Shown one piece after another: positions 8,919 through 19,106 of a DNA stretch of 26,335 bases. Source of the stretch: Stramenopiles sp. TOSAG23-3. Lineage: Eukaryota. The position numbers and the translations under genes were made by a program. Numbering within the stretch: the first letter of the stretch is position 1; every line of letters begins with the position of its first letter. The notes under the pieces were generated by a model. It did not search any database. It was not told the origin of the DNA and saw nothing but the letters and a program-made list of their open reading frames with translations. The DNA lies in the NCBI GenBank assembly GCA_900128585.1, contig LT642146.1, forward strand, positions 62,001 to 88,335, given 5' to 3'.

Positions 8919-9147
8919 AACTATAAGAGATATAATTTGTTGTTGTGTTTTAAATAAATATACAAAAGTGTAATATGATACTTTCTTTCTTCTCCTTCTT
9001 CCTTAGAAGTTTTTTCTGAATCTGGTACGTTTGGCCAATTATCGCAGTCGGAACTGTTGTTCAACCACCGACTATCGAGAACTAACAAGGAACTAGGCCC
9101 AAAAGTAAACCTGCTACTTTTTATTTATTGTTAGGTTAATACCAAAT

Positions 9148-9169
9148 TAACAGCCAATTTTCTTGTTTT
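9148..9169. repeat. Dispersed motif A (single copy)
   Basis: TAACAGCCAATTTTCTTGTTTT. Confidence 0.9.
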
Positions 9170-9281
9170 TATTGTTAATATATCCATAATATTATTTTAT
9201 TTTCATAACATATTCACATATAATTAGTTCTTTTCACATAGGTCGAGATCCACAAATAATTAAAAAGTACATTTTCTCCTT

Positions 9282-9487
9282 TTGTACACATTTCAGTGAT
9301 TCTTGTTGTTCTGTTTTTTTAAAACACCCTTCTTTGCTCAGTCTCCCCACAGTTGTACACATCTCAGTGATTCTGTTTTGCTAAAACACCCTTCTTTGCT
9401 CAGTCTCCCCACAGTTGTACACATCTCAGTGATTCTTGTTGTTCTGTTTTTTAAACATCCTTCTTTTGCTCAGTCCCACCACCTGTT
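9282..9487. repeat. Three-unit minisatellite (71, 62, about 73 bp) overlapping the ABC transporter stop codon
   Basis: Units start with TTGTACACAT at 9282, 9353 and 9415. Confidence 0.9.
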
Positions 9488-11340
9488 GCAGACGATGGTT
9501 CAACTCTTGCTTGTGTCTGTTTAAAGAACTCGCCCTCTGCGAGACACAACGACTGGTATGTGCCACTCTCCGCAATCTTGCCATCTTTCATGTACAAAAT
9601 TTGTTGTGCTTGACGTAAATCATCCAAATTGTGCGTCACCATGATCGTGGTGGCTTGGCATGCCAAAGCATCGAGTGTGTGTTGCAGCTGCTGCGCCACC
9701 AACCCGTCAAGCCCAGTCGTCGGTTCGTCCAGCAAATAAATCGTTCCATTCTTCAACATGGCTCGGGCAAGGGCGACCCGTTGCTGTTGCCCGCCGCTTA
9801 GTTTGGCGCCTGATTCGCCGACATCTTTGTCAAGGCTCAGTTCCGACCCCTCCTCCAGCACCAACTCGGCACTCTTCGCGGCCGCCAACAATTCGGTGTC
9901 ACTGGCTCCTTGCCGCCCATACTCGATGTTCTTCCTTATGGTGGATGCAAAAAGCTGTGATGTCTGAGTAACTACACTAAACGCTGACCTCAAGCTAGCA
10001 CCCGTCATCGTCTGAATGTCAACACCATTGATATATATTGACCCAGTGGTTGGGCGATAGAAGCGCAACAACAGCCGAAGAATGGTGGATTTGCCACACC
10101 CACTGGCTCCCACCAATCCCATGGTCTGCCCTCCTTCAATTTTGAAAGACACTTGTTCCAAAATCATTTTATCCTGGTAGGAAAACGAAACGTTGCGAAA
10201 TTCAATCGAAGGATTTGGTGTCAATGGCAATTTCACAGCACCGGGCTGATCAATGACGCTGGATCGGGATTTGACGAATTCAGACAATGCTTGCGCTTCA
10301 AACAGAGCACTTCGAAGTTCGGTCAGGTCGGCGGCGTACTTTTCCAAACCGCCAACAAAGGTAAAGAAATAGAAAAACAAACCAGCAAGTTCCAGAGAAG
10401 TGGCAGTGTTGGCCAGCGCAGGAATAATCACAGCAACACACAACACCGTGATACCCGTGGAGATAATCTGAAGCACCGCGGATGAAATATGCGTTCCCTG
10501 CAGTACGGCCGACATTTTGGTGCTTATGGTTTGAAAGGATTTTTCCGCGTTGGAGACTTCGTATTGCACACGATCGAAAAAATGCGCTCGCTCGTAGGAT
10601 CCAGCAATGGCCAATAGCTTTCCCCACTCCGAGAACATGGCGGTCATCATGTCTTTGTTTCGAATCGCCGCTTGTTCAGCAGTACGGTAGGCGGCGACGG
10701 TAAAGGCCACGTATAGCACTATCAATGCCAGAGCAATTGGCCCAAAAAAAATGCCCAGCAAGACGACACCGACCACCAGATTCAACACAGTCGAGAGAAC
10801 GCCACCGTACAAAGCAGGCAAAAGCTTGTCCACATTCATGAATATTTTACTGATGAGCTGTCCAAACTTTCCCGTTGGTGTCGATATCATTGAATCGTGT
10901 TCCATCTCAAATAGTTTTTGGATCACTGAAGTTCCATGCGCTACTTGCAGGCTTCCTTTTAATTGGTCGATGATTAAACTGTTGCAAGGAGGAGACACAC
11001 GGCTCACCACCTGCAAGACACCGATAACAACGAACCACACGTACAATTCGGTGGTCATCTTGCCAAGGTCGAGCTCTTTTTGAACAACGGCAAATATTAA
11101 AAATGACACACTTCCAGATATTGTGAGCAGTTGAAGAACAACCCATTTGAAGAGAAAGGAAGGGTAGTCGCGGAGCGCCACTACTTGTTTGTTCATGATG
11201 TTTAACTCTCGAAAAAAATCAAACGGGGGAGGTCCCGAAGGCACATCTGCCGCAACCTTTGTTTCCAGAGGCACCTTCTGATCTTCGTTGCCCGCTTCAA
11301 TGTCATCAGTCTTCGTCAGTTCAACTTCTTTAACTTCCAT
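9451..11340 (-). CDS. ABCB-type half transporter (TMD+NBD), ATM1/HMT1/ABCB6-like
   Basis: Several TM segments; Walker A GASGCGKST, signature LSGGQQQR, Walker B YLLDE, H-loop VTHNL; TILRLLLRFY and TGKFGQLISK resemble the ATM1/HMT1 group; first ATG at 11340 (ORF track uses TTG at 11367). Confidence 0.9.
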   Translation of the reverse strand: MEVKEVELTKTDDIEAGNEDQKVPLETKVAADVPSGPPPFDFFRELNIMNKQVVALRDYPSFLFKWVVLQLLTISGSVSFLIFAVVQKELDLGKMTTELYVWFVVIGVLQVVSRVSPPCNSLIIDQLKGSLQVAHGTSVIQKLFEMEHDSMISTPTGKFGQLISKIFMNVDKLLPALYGGVLSTVLNLVVGVVLLGIFFGPIALALIVLYVAFTVAAYRTAEQAAIRNKDMMTAMFSEWGKLLAIAGSYERAHFFDRVQYEVSNAEKSFQTISTKMSAVLQGTHISSAVLQIISTGITVLCVAVIIPALANTATSLELAGLFFYFFTFVGGLEKYAADLTELRSALFEAQALSEFVKSRSSVIDQPGAVKLPLTPNPSIEFRNVSFSYQDKMILEQVSFKIEGGQTMGLVGASGCGKSTILRLLLRFYRPTTGSIYINGVDIQTMTGASLRSAFSVVTQTSQLFASTIRKNIEYGRQGASDTELLAAAKSAELVLEEGSELSLDKDVGESGAKLSGGQQQRVALARAMLKNGTIYLLDEPTTGLDGLVAQQLQHTLDALACQATTIMVTHNLDDLRQAQQILYMKDGKIAESGTYQSLCLAEGEFFKQTQARVEPSSATGGGTEQKKDV

Positions 11341-12427
11341 CGGTACGACTTCAGCTTTGGTGGTCAAGTAATTTAGTACAATTCAGATAAAAGTGGCGAC
11401 ACTGTTTTTTGACATTAGCTTTTTTTTGACACTATCTTTTGAAAATCCAAAGCCAGAAAAACAATTCAACCACCGGTGGGTGGGTGTGAACACACCACTA
11501 CCCAGGGGAAGGCAACGAAAGAATATTTTTATTTTCGTACTGTGTACCCGTACTACTGTATGATTTAAAAAATAATACTTCTACTACTACTTAAGGCTCC
11601 ATTCCAATGACTGGTTGTCGTTTGTCCTGTTGCTGTATGGTTATGATATATTTCTACTTCGTTTATCCTTAAATTATCTGCTTATTTAATTTCCTTTTTA
11701 GCGCTGTTCATTCTCAGAACACGGCGGCGGCGGCGGCTATGATCATAAAAAATTGAATCATGTTGTTTTTTGAAAATGAAATGGAGTGCATCGTCATGAT
11801 TTAATAATTAATATAAGATGAGGAGAAGAAAACCTTGAAGCCCACCCCACAGTGACAATGTATTACATTAGAAGACGACTATAGCTTATAGTCTCTAGAC
11901 TAATAAAAGCAACAGTCCTCCTCCAGAAGAAAAACCTTTACCAAGTCAAGCGGTCCGGTCCACCCGGTCCCTCTAATAAAAGTCATACAATCAGCTTATT
12001 TGGGCTGATGCTGTGTTGATGAAATCATCAACCTTGTTTGTTTTATAAATTGAACCATCATCATCATCACATTTTGTTGTTGTGGTGCTTCTCTCTGTTC
12101 TTTTTCAACGAAAATTATGGTCTGCAATTTAAACCAATGCTGTGATTGGTAATATTATACGGTATAGTAGATTTTTTTAATTTTTTTTCTGTGATACTCT
12201 ACTTCTTCTTCTCGCTACTACTACTATCATCCTTCTTTGTCTTCATTCTTATCCCCAGTCTTCCCCACATTCTCTGTGCATGACGGAGTCTCATCTACCA
12301 CATATGATAATTATCGGCGGTTCATTTTAAAGCCCTTTGGTACACAAATTGAAGTTTGTAGACAGTTTATTGGCAGGCACCACACACAATACTTTAGAAG
12401 TCCCCAAATAATTAACCAGAGTTGATC

Positions 12428-13081
12428 ATGCAGTTTGCCAACGAACGGAGCGATCTTGTCGATGCTCTCAGCGCAATGGCAGTCAAACATATTCTAAAAC
12501 TTGGTCGCGAGGGGAAAGAACCGATTGAAATAGCTCATTCTATTCAAAATTTGTTTCATTCTGTAAACAAGACGAAGTTGATCCAGAACCGTAGACAGGA
12601 GGAAGCAGTCTCCAAGCAAAAGGTTGAAACGAAGTCTGAGTCCCAGCCAAGAAAGAGGCAAGGCGTGAACCTGCGTTTTTGTGAGGCCTGTGAAGCTGGA
12701 GACAGTGCTCTGGCGTCAGAGCTACTGACTACAGACCTTGTAGATATCAATTGCCGAAACGAAGAAGGTCTTTCCCCCCTTATGATAGCAGCCGGCGAAG
12801 GACACAGCATTATCGTCAAACGCATTTTGAAGGAGAGAAGCGTAGACGTGAACATGGTGGACTCTGACGGCGATGACACTGCATTGATGTTGTCTGTCGA
12901 AGGTGGGCACTATGACTGCGTGGCAATGTTGGTCAACTACCCTGGGATTGACTTGCTTCACGAAGATCGATTCGGAGAAACGTGCCTGCGGTTAGCAGCG
13001 ATACGGAAGCAGTTTGCAATTTTTGAGCTTTTGAAGACGGCAATGACTGGCAGCGGCAAGCGGCGCCCCAAAACACCGTGA
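12428..13081 (+). CDS. Ankyrin-repeat protein
   Basis: DINCRNEEGLSPLMIAAGEGH, DVNMVDSDGDDTALMLSVEGGH, EDRFGETCLRLAA; first ATG at 12428. Confidence 0.85.
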   Translation: MQFANERSDLVDALSAMAVKHILKLGREGKEPIEIAHSIQNLFHSVNKTKLIQNRRQEEAVSKQKVETKSESQPRKRQGVNLRFCEACEAGDSALASELLTTDLVDINCRNEEGLSPLMIAAGEGHSIIVKRILKERSVDVNMVDSDGDDTALMLSVEGGHYDCVAMLVNYPGIDLLHEDRFGETCLRLAAIRKQFAIFELLKTAMTGSGKRRPKTP

Positions 13082-13431
13082 TAAAAATGCCACCGTCTTT
13101 TCGGTATGCCCTTACAGGGCATTTACTATTACCGTCCCCCTGTATTCTATGAAAATATTAAGTATACATATTTTTTCAAAACGCGATGAGATGCGAAACC
13201 CACAACAAGTTTTTTCGGCTGTGAAAATAAATTCGCATTAATGCAAGGCATCAGTGCGTTCGAAATCTTGCGTAGGACTCGGTCTGAAATCTTATTATTA
13301 AATCTCTTACTTCGTATGTATTTTTTACTTAACTTTTTAATCCTTCTCCGTATAGTTTTTAATTTAAATAAAAATCTCTCAGCAGTGGACTCTCCCCCAT
13401 GCCACCCACGGCGAACAGTACACTTTCTTAT

Positions 13432-14364
13432 TTATTTTTTCCGTTTGGATTCTACACGTGCCGCAAATTTACTCAAAAGGGTATCGAACCTGAGCTCGTA
13501 CTCTTGGGAACCTTTTTCTAACCCGTCAAAATAACCCCGTTCCTCCATATGCTTAACAAATTTTCGAAACAGTTCAATCTCTTCGTCGCTGAGCAAATCG
13601 ATGGGCTCGTGGGGAGCTTCCCCATATCCACCCTCTGCGCGCGGGGGGGCGCCCTTCTCCACCCCCCCGTCCTTTGACGGGTTCATAGACTCAAGGATTT
13701 CAGGATTATGTTGAAAATAGGATTGAAAAACGTCGTCCTCCCCGAGGCCATACTCATCTACCCCCAACGAAAAAAAATGGGTGCCGTTGTTGTTCAAATC
13801 ATCCCCGACCTTCATGTACCCCACCCCGTTGCTCCTGAACATGGCGGGCAAGTTTCGCATTTTCCCGCCCTCATTCTTTCCGCGAGGGTACCACTCTCCG
13901 TGAAAATTCTGGGGCGCAAAGATTATCGACACTGCGCCCGTGCACGATTGAAAGCCCCGCAGTGCGTCGATCAAAAAACAACTATCCGACGGTCGTAGGC
14001 GTACCTGAAGCATGTCCTTTTCAACCTGTGTCTCTAAGTGCTCGTCGGGGTACACAAACCCAAAAATTTGGCCAAACTGAATGAAAAATCTACCGGTCGT
14101 TATGTTGTGCGATTCGTGCTCTCCTTTGCTCAGTATAGTGCAGAGCAGCAGAACCGTCTGCTTCTCGCCACGGCTCTGTTTGTCGCCCAGTTCCGTTTCC
14201 AACAAGCACGGCATGCCCGTCGAGGCTTTTTCCTGCCGAAGTTCGTTGTCATGCGACAGCCACAGAGAGATATCGTCTATTGCCCCTCCCCCAGCGCGCC
14301 CCGAGGTTGGCTTTTGAACAGCCCTCCCCCCTCCCCCAGCGCTGCTACGAGCACGGGACGACAT
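13432..14364 (-). CDS. Hypothetical protein with small C-terminal helical module
   Basis: GC-rich ORF from AAAATG at 14364; the upstream 83 codons of the ORF-track call are AT-rich low complexity. Confidence 0.7.
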   Translation of the reverse strand: MSSRARSSAGGGGRAVQKPTSGRAGGGAIDDISLWLSHDNELRQEKASTGMPCLLETELGDKQSRGEKQTVLLLCTILSKGEHESHNITTGRFFIQFGQIFGFVYPDEHLETQVEKDMLQVRLRPSDSCFLIDALRGFQSCTGAVSIIFAPQNFHGEWYPRGKNEGGKMRNLPAMFRSNGVGYMKVGDDLNNNGTHFFSLGVDEYGLGEDDVFQSYFQHNPEILESMNPSKDGGVEKGAPPRAEGGYGEAPHEPIDLLSDEEIELFRKFVKHMEERGYFDGLEKGSQEYELRFDTLLSKFAARVESKRKK

Positions 14365-14940
14365 TTTAAGGTGTACTCCACACCAACTAAACAGACTATG
14401 ACGGTATATTAAAACGCACCCTAATGTATGTACAAAGAAAGGTTCCAACGTCCTGCCAGAAGGATTATTGTTCGAAACAAACGAACAAACAAGTGAATAA
14501 GTAACGAAATTACAAAACAGGAAAAGAAAAAAAGTAGTGTTGCGTTTTCTTGTTTTTTGTTTTGTTGTTGTTCTTCTTCGTCGTTTTCTTGGTACTACTA
14601 CACTAGATACCATAATAATAAATAGATATAATAATAATTATTACATCTCTCTCTTATCTCAACAAAGTTCAAATTGGTTTTTTTGCGTTCGTTCGTTCGT
14701 CGTTATCGCCGTTGTGTTCCTTTTGTTCACAGGGATTCCAAAGGAAGAAGAAGGATTTGAAGTACGAGGTAGGAGAAGAGTAGTAGACTAGCCGCCTATT
14801 AATATGTACACGAGGACCTTGTCGCCTCGAAGAATACCAAGGTATTTAAATAGAGAATTGATGTAAATTAATAGCAAGGAGCAATAATACGAAAAATATT
14901 TACATGTAGTAGTGTGAGATTATGTTACCCTTTTTTCTTT

Positions 14941-14961
14941 TCTCTCTCTCTCTCTCTCTCT
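14941..14961. repeat. (TC)n microsatellite
   Basis: Direct reading. Confidence 0.9.
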
Positions 14962-15016
14962 GTGTAGATCTTTAATAGATGATGCTATTCGATGTATAAG
15001 TTGATGTTTCTTTTTG

Positions 15017-15140
<124 letters not shown>

Positions 15141-15736
15141 CTCTCCTCCCTCCCTATTATTACATCATCATATCATCAGTCAGTCAGCACAGTCAGTCCT
15201 CGAAGCCTCTCTCTTTCTTCTTCTCTCTCCTCTTCTCTTCTCTTCTTCTTTTTGTTATTATTATATTTTTACTATTCTCTATTACGGTATTATACGGTAG
15301 TAGGTCTAATATAATAATACCTGCTGTAGCTAAATTATTATTAAATAATATATAATAATAGACTAATAATAATAAAATAATAAGAATTTTTTTTTTTTTT
15401 TACCAACTCCTCCTTCTTCTTTTTTGTTGTTGTTGTATGTTGGTATATATTATACTTTTACTACTATACTTGTAGTCCTTTATTTTTTTAATTATTAATA
15501 ATATTAGTTAATATAATAATAAAATAATATTAATTATCTTAAAGATATATATATCTTCGATCGTATATATAGAGTTTATAAACAAATTTTACATTCATTA
15601 ATGCATGAAAAGTAACACAAACAACTTGATTCGAAAAAGACAAATCCGCCACCTTCCCCGGTTCAACGTCTTTTCGTTTGTTCTTTTAAAATAGAAAGTT
15701 GTACGCGATAACGTTACTACCACGGACGGTTGTGCA

Positions 15737-17080
15737 ATGGCTTCCCTTGCAAATCAACGAAACTCGACAGACTCGACGGACGAGAACTTTCTTGCGCCGC
15801 CAAGCAACGAGTTGAAGAGGATGGCGTCCCGGTCCCTTGAAGATCGGGTAAATCAGGAACCACCGACACTGCAGAGAAAGAACTCTGGCCTTGACATTTA
15901 CCAACGGGCAATGTCGGGGGATGACATATTTAAGGTCCCGTCCACGGACAGGCGGCGCCGCGTGAACACGAAGCGCCGAAAGCAGCGGGAGGACCCCAAG
16001 TTGCAAAAGAAGTCCTCGTTCGAAGAGTACTTGGACTCCGCCCTGGGATCGCTACGCCCGGAGGAAGGAGGCACGACACCGAAAAACCAGGAGGCGACAG
16101 ACCTGTCTTGGTTGGACAATAAACTCCCGGAAGTGTTAGATACAGTCTTCGACAGCGACGGGGGGCTCGTCCCTATGAATAGTGAGGATAGCGACGGCCT
16201 TGGGCTTTCCAGAAAGGCCAGCCGCAACAGCTTTACGATGAACCCCGTGGGGAACATGGTACGGTGGCAGTCGGATGATAGTGCAATAGAGACAGGCAGC
16301 GGCGGCCTGGGGATCGTAAGGCAGCTGTCCCAAGACCTGGGCGGGATGGACCTTGGGAGCGGGCTGGACCTGGGGAGCGGGCTGGACCTGGGGAATGGGC
16401 TGGACCTGAATGGGCTGGGGTTGGATGGGTACGGGCAGATTCCATTCGATATGATGGAAGATTCCCCAAAGAACATACCTCGGAGGACCGCGTTTGCCGA
16501 AAGCAAAGGCCGGGGGGGATCTACCCCAGCGTTTCGAAAGAAGAAGGGGAACGGGCGCTTGCAGAAGAAGGGCTCGCTCGTTTTGAGCGAGGACGACGGC
16601 CCGGCGCCCTCCACAAAACCTGCCCCGTCCACAAAACCTTCCCCGAGGAAGCCGGGAAAGGGCGCCCCTGGCGAGGAGGAGCGCATCGCTCACACTGTCG
16701 CCCAACAGAAACACCGGGACAACCACAGGAACAAGATGGACAGGCTCAAGACAATGGTGTTTACGTTAGTGGACGTTGGGGACAACGAGAAGAATATAGG
16801 CCGCCTGACAAAGATGGATATTTACACTGCCGCAATCGGGTTGGCGAAAGGGGAGAAGAGCGGGGTGATCGTGGAACGCTTGCTTGAGTATAGAGAGGCG
16901 AAAAAGACGTCAGGGAGCGGCGGAAAGGACCGGTTTAAGTATCTCCGTGCCGAGGAGAAGGCAATGCTTGAGAAGCTCCAGAAGCTGGTTTCTAAGCCGG
17001 AAACGAAAATGACGAAAGCAAACGCACTGACCGACGCATTAGTGTTCATAGGAAAGAAGTACGCAAAGAGGCTGGGGTGA
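15737..17080 (+). CDS. Atypical bHLH-type transcription factor with a second HLH-like unit
   Basis: RIAHTVAQQKHRDNHRNKMDRLKTMV...RLTKMDIYTAAI matches the bHLH layout; second unit MLEKLQKLVSKPETKMTKANALTDALVFI; long disordered N-terminus with NLS-like basic patches. Confidence 0.65.
   Translation: MASLANQRNSTDSTDENFLAPPSNELKRMASRSLEDRVNQEPPTLQRKNSGLDIYQRAMSGDDIFKVPSTDRRRRVNTKRRKQREDPKLQKKSSFEEYLDSALGSLRPEEGGTTPKNQEATDLSWLDNKLPEVLDTVFDSDGGLVPMNSEDSDGLGLSRKASRNSFTMNPVGNMVRWQSDDSAIETGSGGLGIVRQLSQDLGGMDLGSGLDLGSGLDLGNGLDLNGLGLDGYGQIPFDMMEDSPKNIPRRTAFAESKGRGGSTPAFRKKKGNGRLQKKGSLVLSEDDGPAPSTKPAPSTKPSPRKPGKGAPGEEERIAHTVAQQKHRDNHRNKMDRLKTMVFTLVDVGDNEKNIGRLTKMDIYTAAIGLAKGEKSGVIVERLLEYREAKKTSGSGGKDRFKYLRAEEKAMLEKLQKLVSKPETKMTKANALTDALVFIGKKYAKRLG
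16334..16430 (+). repeat. Intragenic 18-bp G-rich minisatellite encoding GLDLG(S/N) repeats
   Basis: GGGCTGGACCTGGGGAGC-type units. Confidence 0.85.
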
Positions 17081-17176
17081 GCGGAGGAGCGTTTGTGTTA
17101 ATTCATGCATGGCGCGCAATGTTTGCGTTCCCTTGGAAAATCCAAGAGCAATATGATATTATCAAAAACCAAAATA

Positions 17177-17199
17177 TATAGTATGCTTTAAGACTCTCA
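17177..17199. repeat. Dispersed motif B (single copy)
   Basis: TATAGTATGCTTTAAGACTCTCA. Confidence 0.85.
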
Positions 17200-17382
17200 T
17201 TTTAAATCAAATACTAACTTCAAGTCCAACCCTAATCCTATCTCGATTTTTTAGTTTGATCTTTTAAATTTCTTAATTTCGTTTGATGGTTGTCAATCAT
17301 CATTACTGTTAAAATAAAAAATTCGTACCAGTAATCGCATGCTCTGACCGAGCGACTCAATCGTTTGCACATGTTCATAATT

Positions 17383-18129
17383 TTACTGTGTACGATGGAA
17401 CACAAAAATTTTTCCGTCGACGCAACCGACCCCTTCATTGACACCGTCCGGTGCCATGGCGATCAGGGCCTCGTCAACGGTGATGCACTCTTTCAATTCG
17501 TAGCCTGCTTTTGAGGCTTCTTTCGTCACAAAATCATGCGTGACACCATGCCTTGGCACATGACAGAGCACAAACACAGGTGCCAACTGTGCACACGTTT
17601 GCACCAACGGTGCTACTATTTCTAACTTATAACAAACGTCCGCCGCCAGGACCACGTCAAAGCTTCCACTGATGGAGCAGTTTTCAATGTCCTCTGCTTC
17701 CCCCCACCGCAGCTTTCGAACGATTGTGTTGGATTCCACGGACAAATTTTTCTCCACGTTCACGTTTATCAAGTTCAGGGCAAACGGATCTGCGTCCGTC
17801 AAGACGATATGCTCGCACCATTTCGAGAGGGCCAGCCCCAAAATACCGCTTCCTGCCCCCAACTCAATAACGCGCTTCCCCGTCACGTGCAGCACGCGGT
17901 CACTACTCTTCGCAAGGTACGTCGCCAGAAGGAGAGAGCCCGGCCACGGGCACCTTCCCGAAATTTCCACGTTCGCATCCACCAACTTTGACAGAACTTC
18001 AAGCGGCAGCTGTTCCGGAAGAGACTGAATCAAAAATTTCTGCCCAGCAACGCGTACCTCTTCTTCTTCGTAATCTATCAGTTCGTTGGTTTCTTTCCAA
18101 AGCTCAAGCTCCTGACCGGCAACGGACAT
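17383..18129 (-). CDS. Seven-beta-strand protein methyltransferase, METTL21/Methyltransf_16 family
   Basis: GRCPWPGSLLLATYL, motif I VIELGAGSGILG, post-I VLTD, LRWG, motif II FDVVLAADVCY (DxxY); first ATG at 18129. Confidence 0.9.
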   Translation of the reverse strand: MSVAGQELELWKETNELIDYEEEEVRVAGQKFLIQSLPEQLPLEVLSKLVDANVEISGRCPWPGSLLLATYLAKSSDRVLHVTGKRVIELGAGSGILGLALSKWCEHIVLTDADPFALNLINVNVEKNLSVESNTIVRKLRWGEAEDIENCSISGSFDVVLAADVCYKLEIVAPLVQTCAQLAPVFVLCHVPRHGVTHDFVTKEASKAGYELKECITVDEALIAMAPDGVNEGVGCVDGKIFVFHRTQ

Positions 18130-18628
18130 CGCGGAAGTTTCTTTTGTCCGTCGTGGAGTCGGTGTTGGTCCTGGATGTAGTGTATATGCCAATATATGAA
18201 ATAAACGATGATTTTCCCTCTAAACTAATAAGCCAAGGATATATCATACATCAGCAACAATGAAATAAAATAACTTCCGTTCCCTCTCAGTCTTACTTAC
18301 AAAATTGATTTCATTCTATTAAATACAAACTCTATGCAAAGACAACACGAAAAACAGGCCACACTCCTCGTATTAGAATTTGTAATAAAAGAAGAAGTAC
18401 TTACTGACTATTATTATAATAAATACGGAGGATTTATTTTATTATTTTTTATACTACCATGGTATTATTATACTACATCATCATACACTACTCCTCAATA
18501 CTACTACCGTACGTACTATATCTATACCCACTATAACTAAATCTATTTATAATTAATACCCACTTCTCTCTCTCCTCCTTCTCTTTGTTTTTTGGAACTA
18601 TTTACACTAATACTATACCGTATAATAC

Positions 18629-18708
18629 GAAGAAAGAAGAAAGAAAGAAAGAAAGAAAGAAGAAGCACAAAAAAAATAAAGAAGAAAGAAGAAAGAAAAG
18701 AAAGAAGA
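18629..18708. repeat. GAA/GAAA purine tract
   Basis: Direct reading. Confidence 0.85.
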
Positions 18709-19106
18709 GTCGTCGGTCGGTCAAAAATCATCTCTGTTTTGTTGTTGTTGTTTTAATTTTTCTTTCTTTATTATTATTATATTACTAAATTGTTGTAGTA
18801 AGGTAAATTTTGTTTTAGTTTAGTTGTGGGAGTTATATTCGATGCTCTTCTTCTTCTTCTTCGCTCTTTTTTTATCTGTTGTGTATCGATTTTTTAGCTT
18901 CTTCGTTATTATTATTTTGTTCATTGCATAATATAGTAAAAGATCAAGAAGAAATGGAGAGGAACAGATTGAACAGTTTTAAACTTGGAGCTCAGAACGA
19001 CCACCAAAGCGTTTCCGTGCATAGCAAAGTGGCAAAAATATTTGCAGGCACTGTTCATAGTGAGCGTCGTTAGAGTCCAACGGGTTAGTTGGACGTTCTT
19101 AGTACC

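Noticed and set aside
14365-14613. N-terminal extension of the 393-aa ORF
   Set aside because: AT-rich low-complexity spacer sequence; better start at 14364
15898-16726. 262-aa and 196-aa antisense ORFs
   Set aside because: Shadows of the GC-rich bHLH CDS
17120-17128. TGTTTGCGT shortly after two stop codons (also at 22703)
   Set aside because: Only two 9-bp copies; insufficient to call a 3' signal
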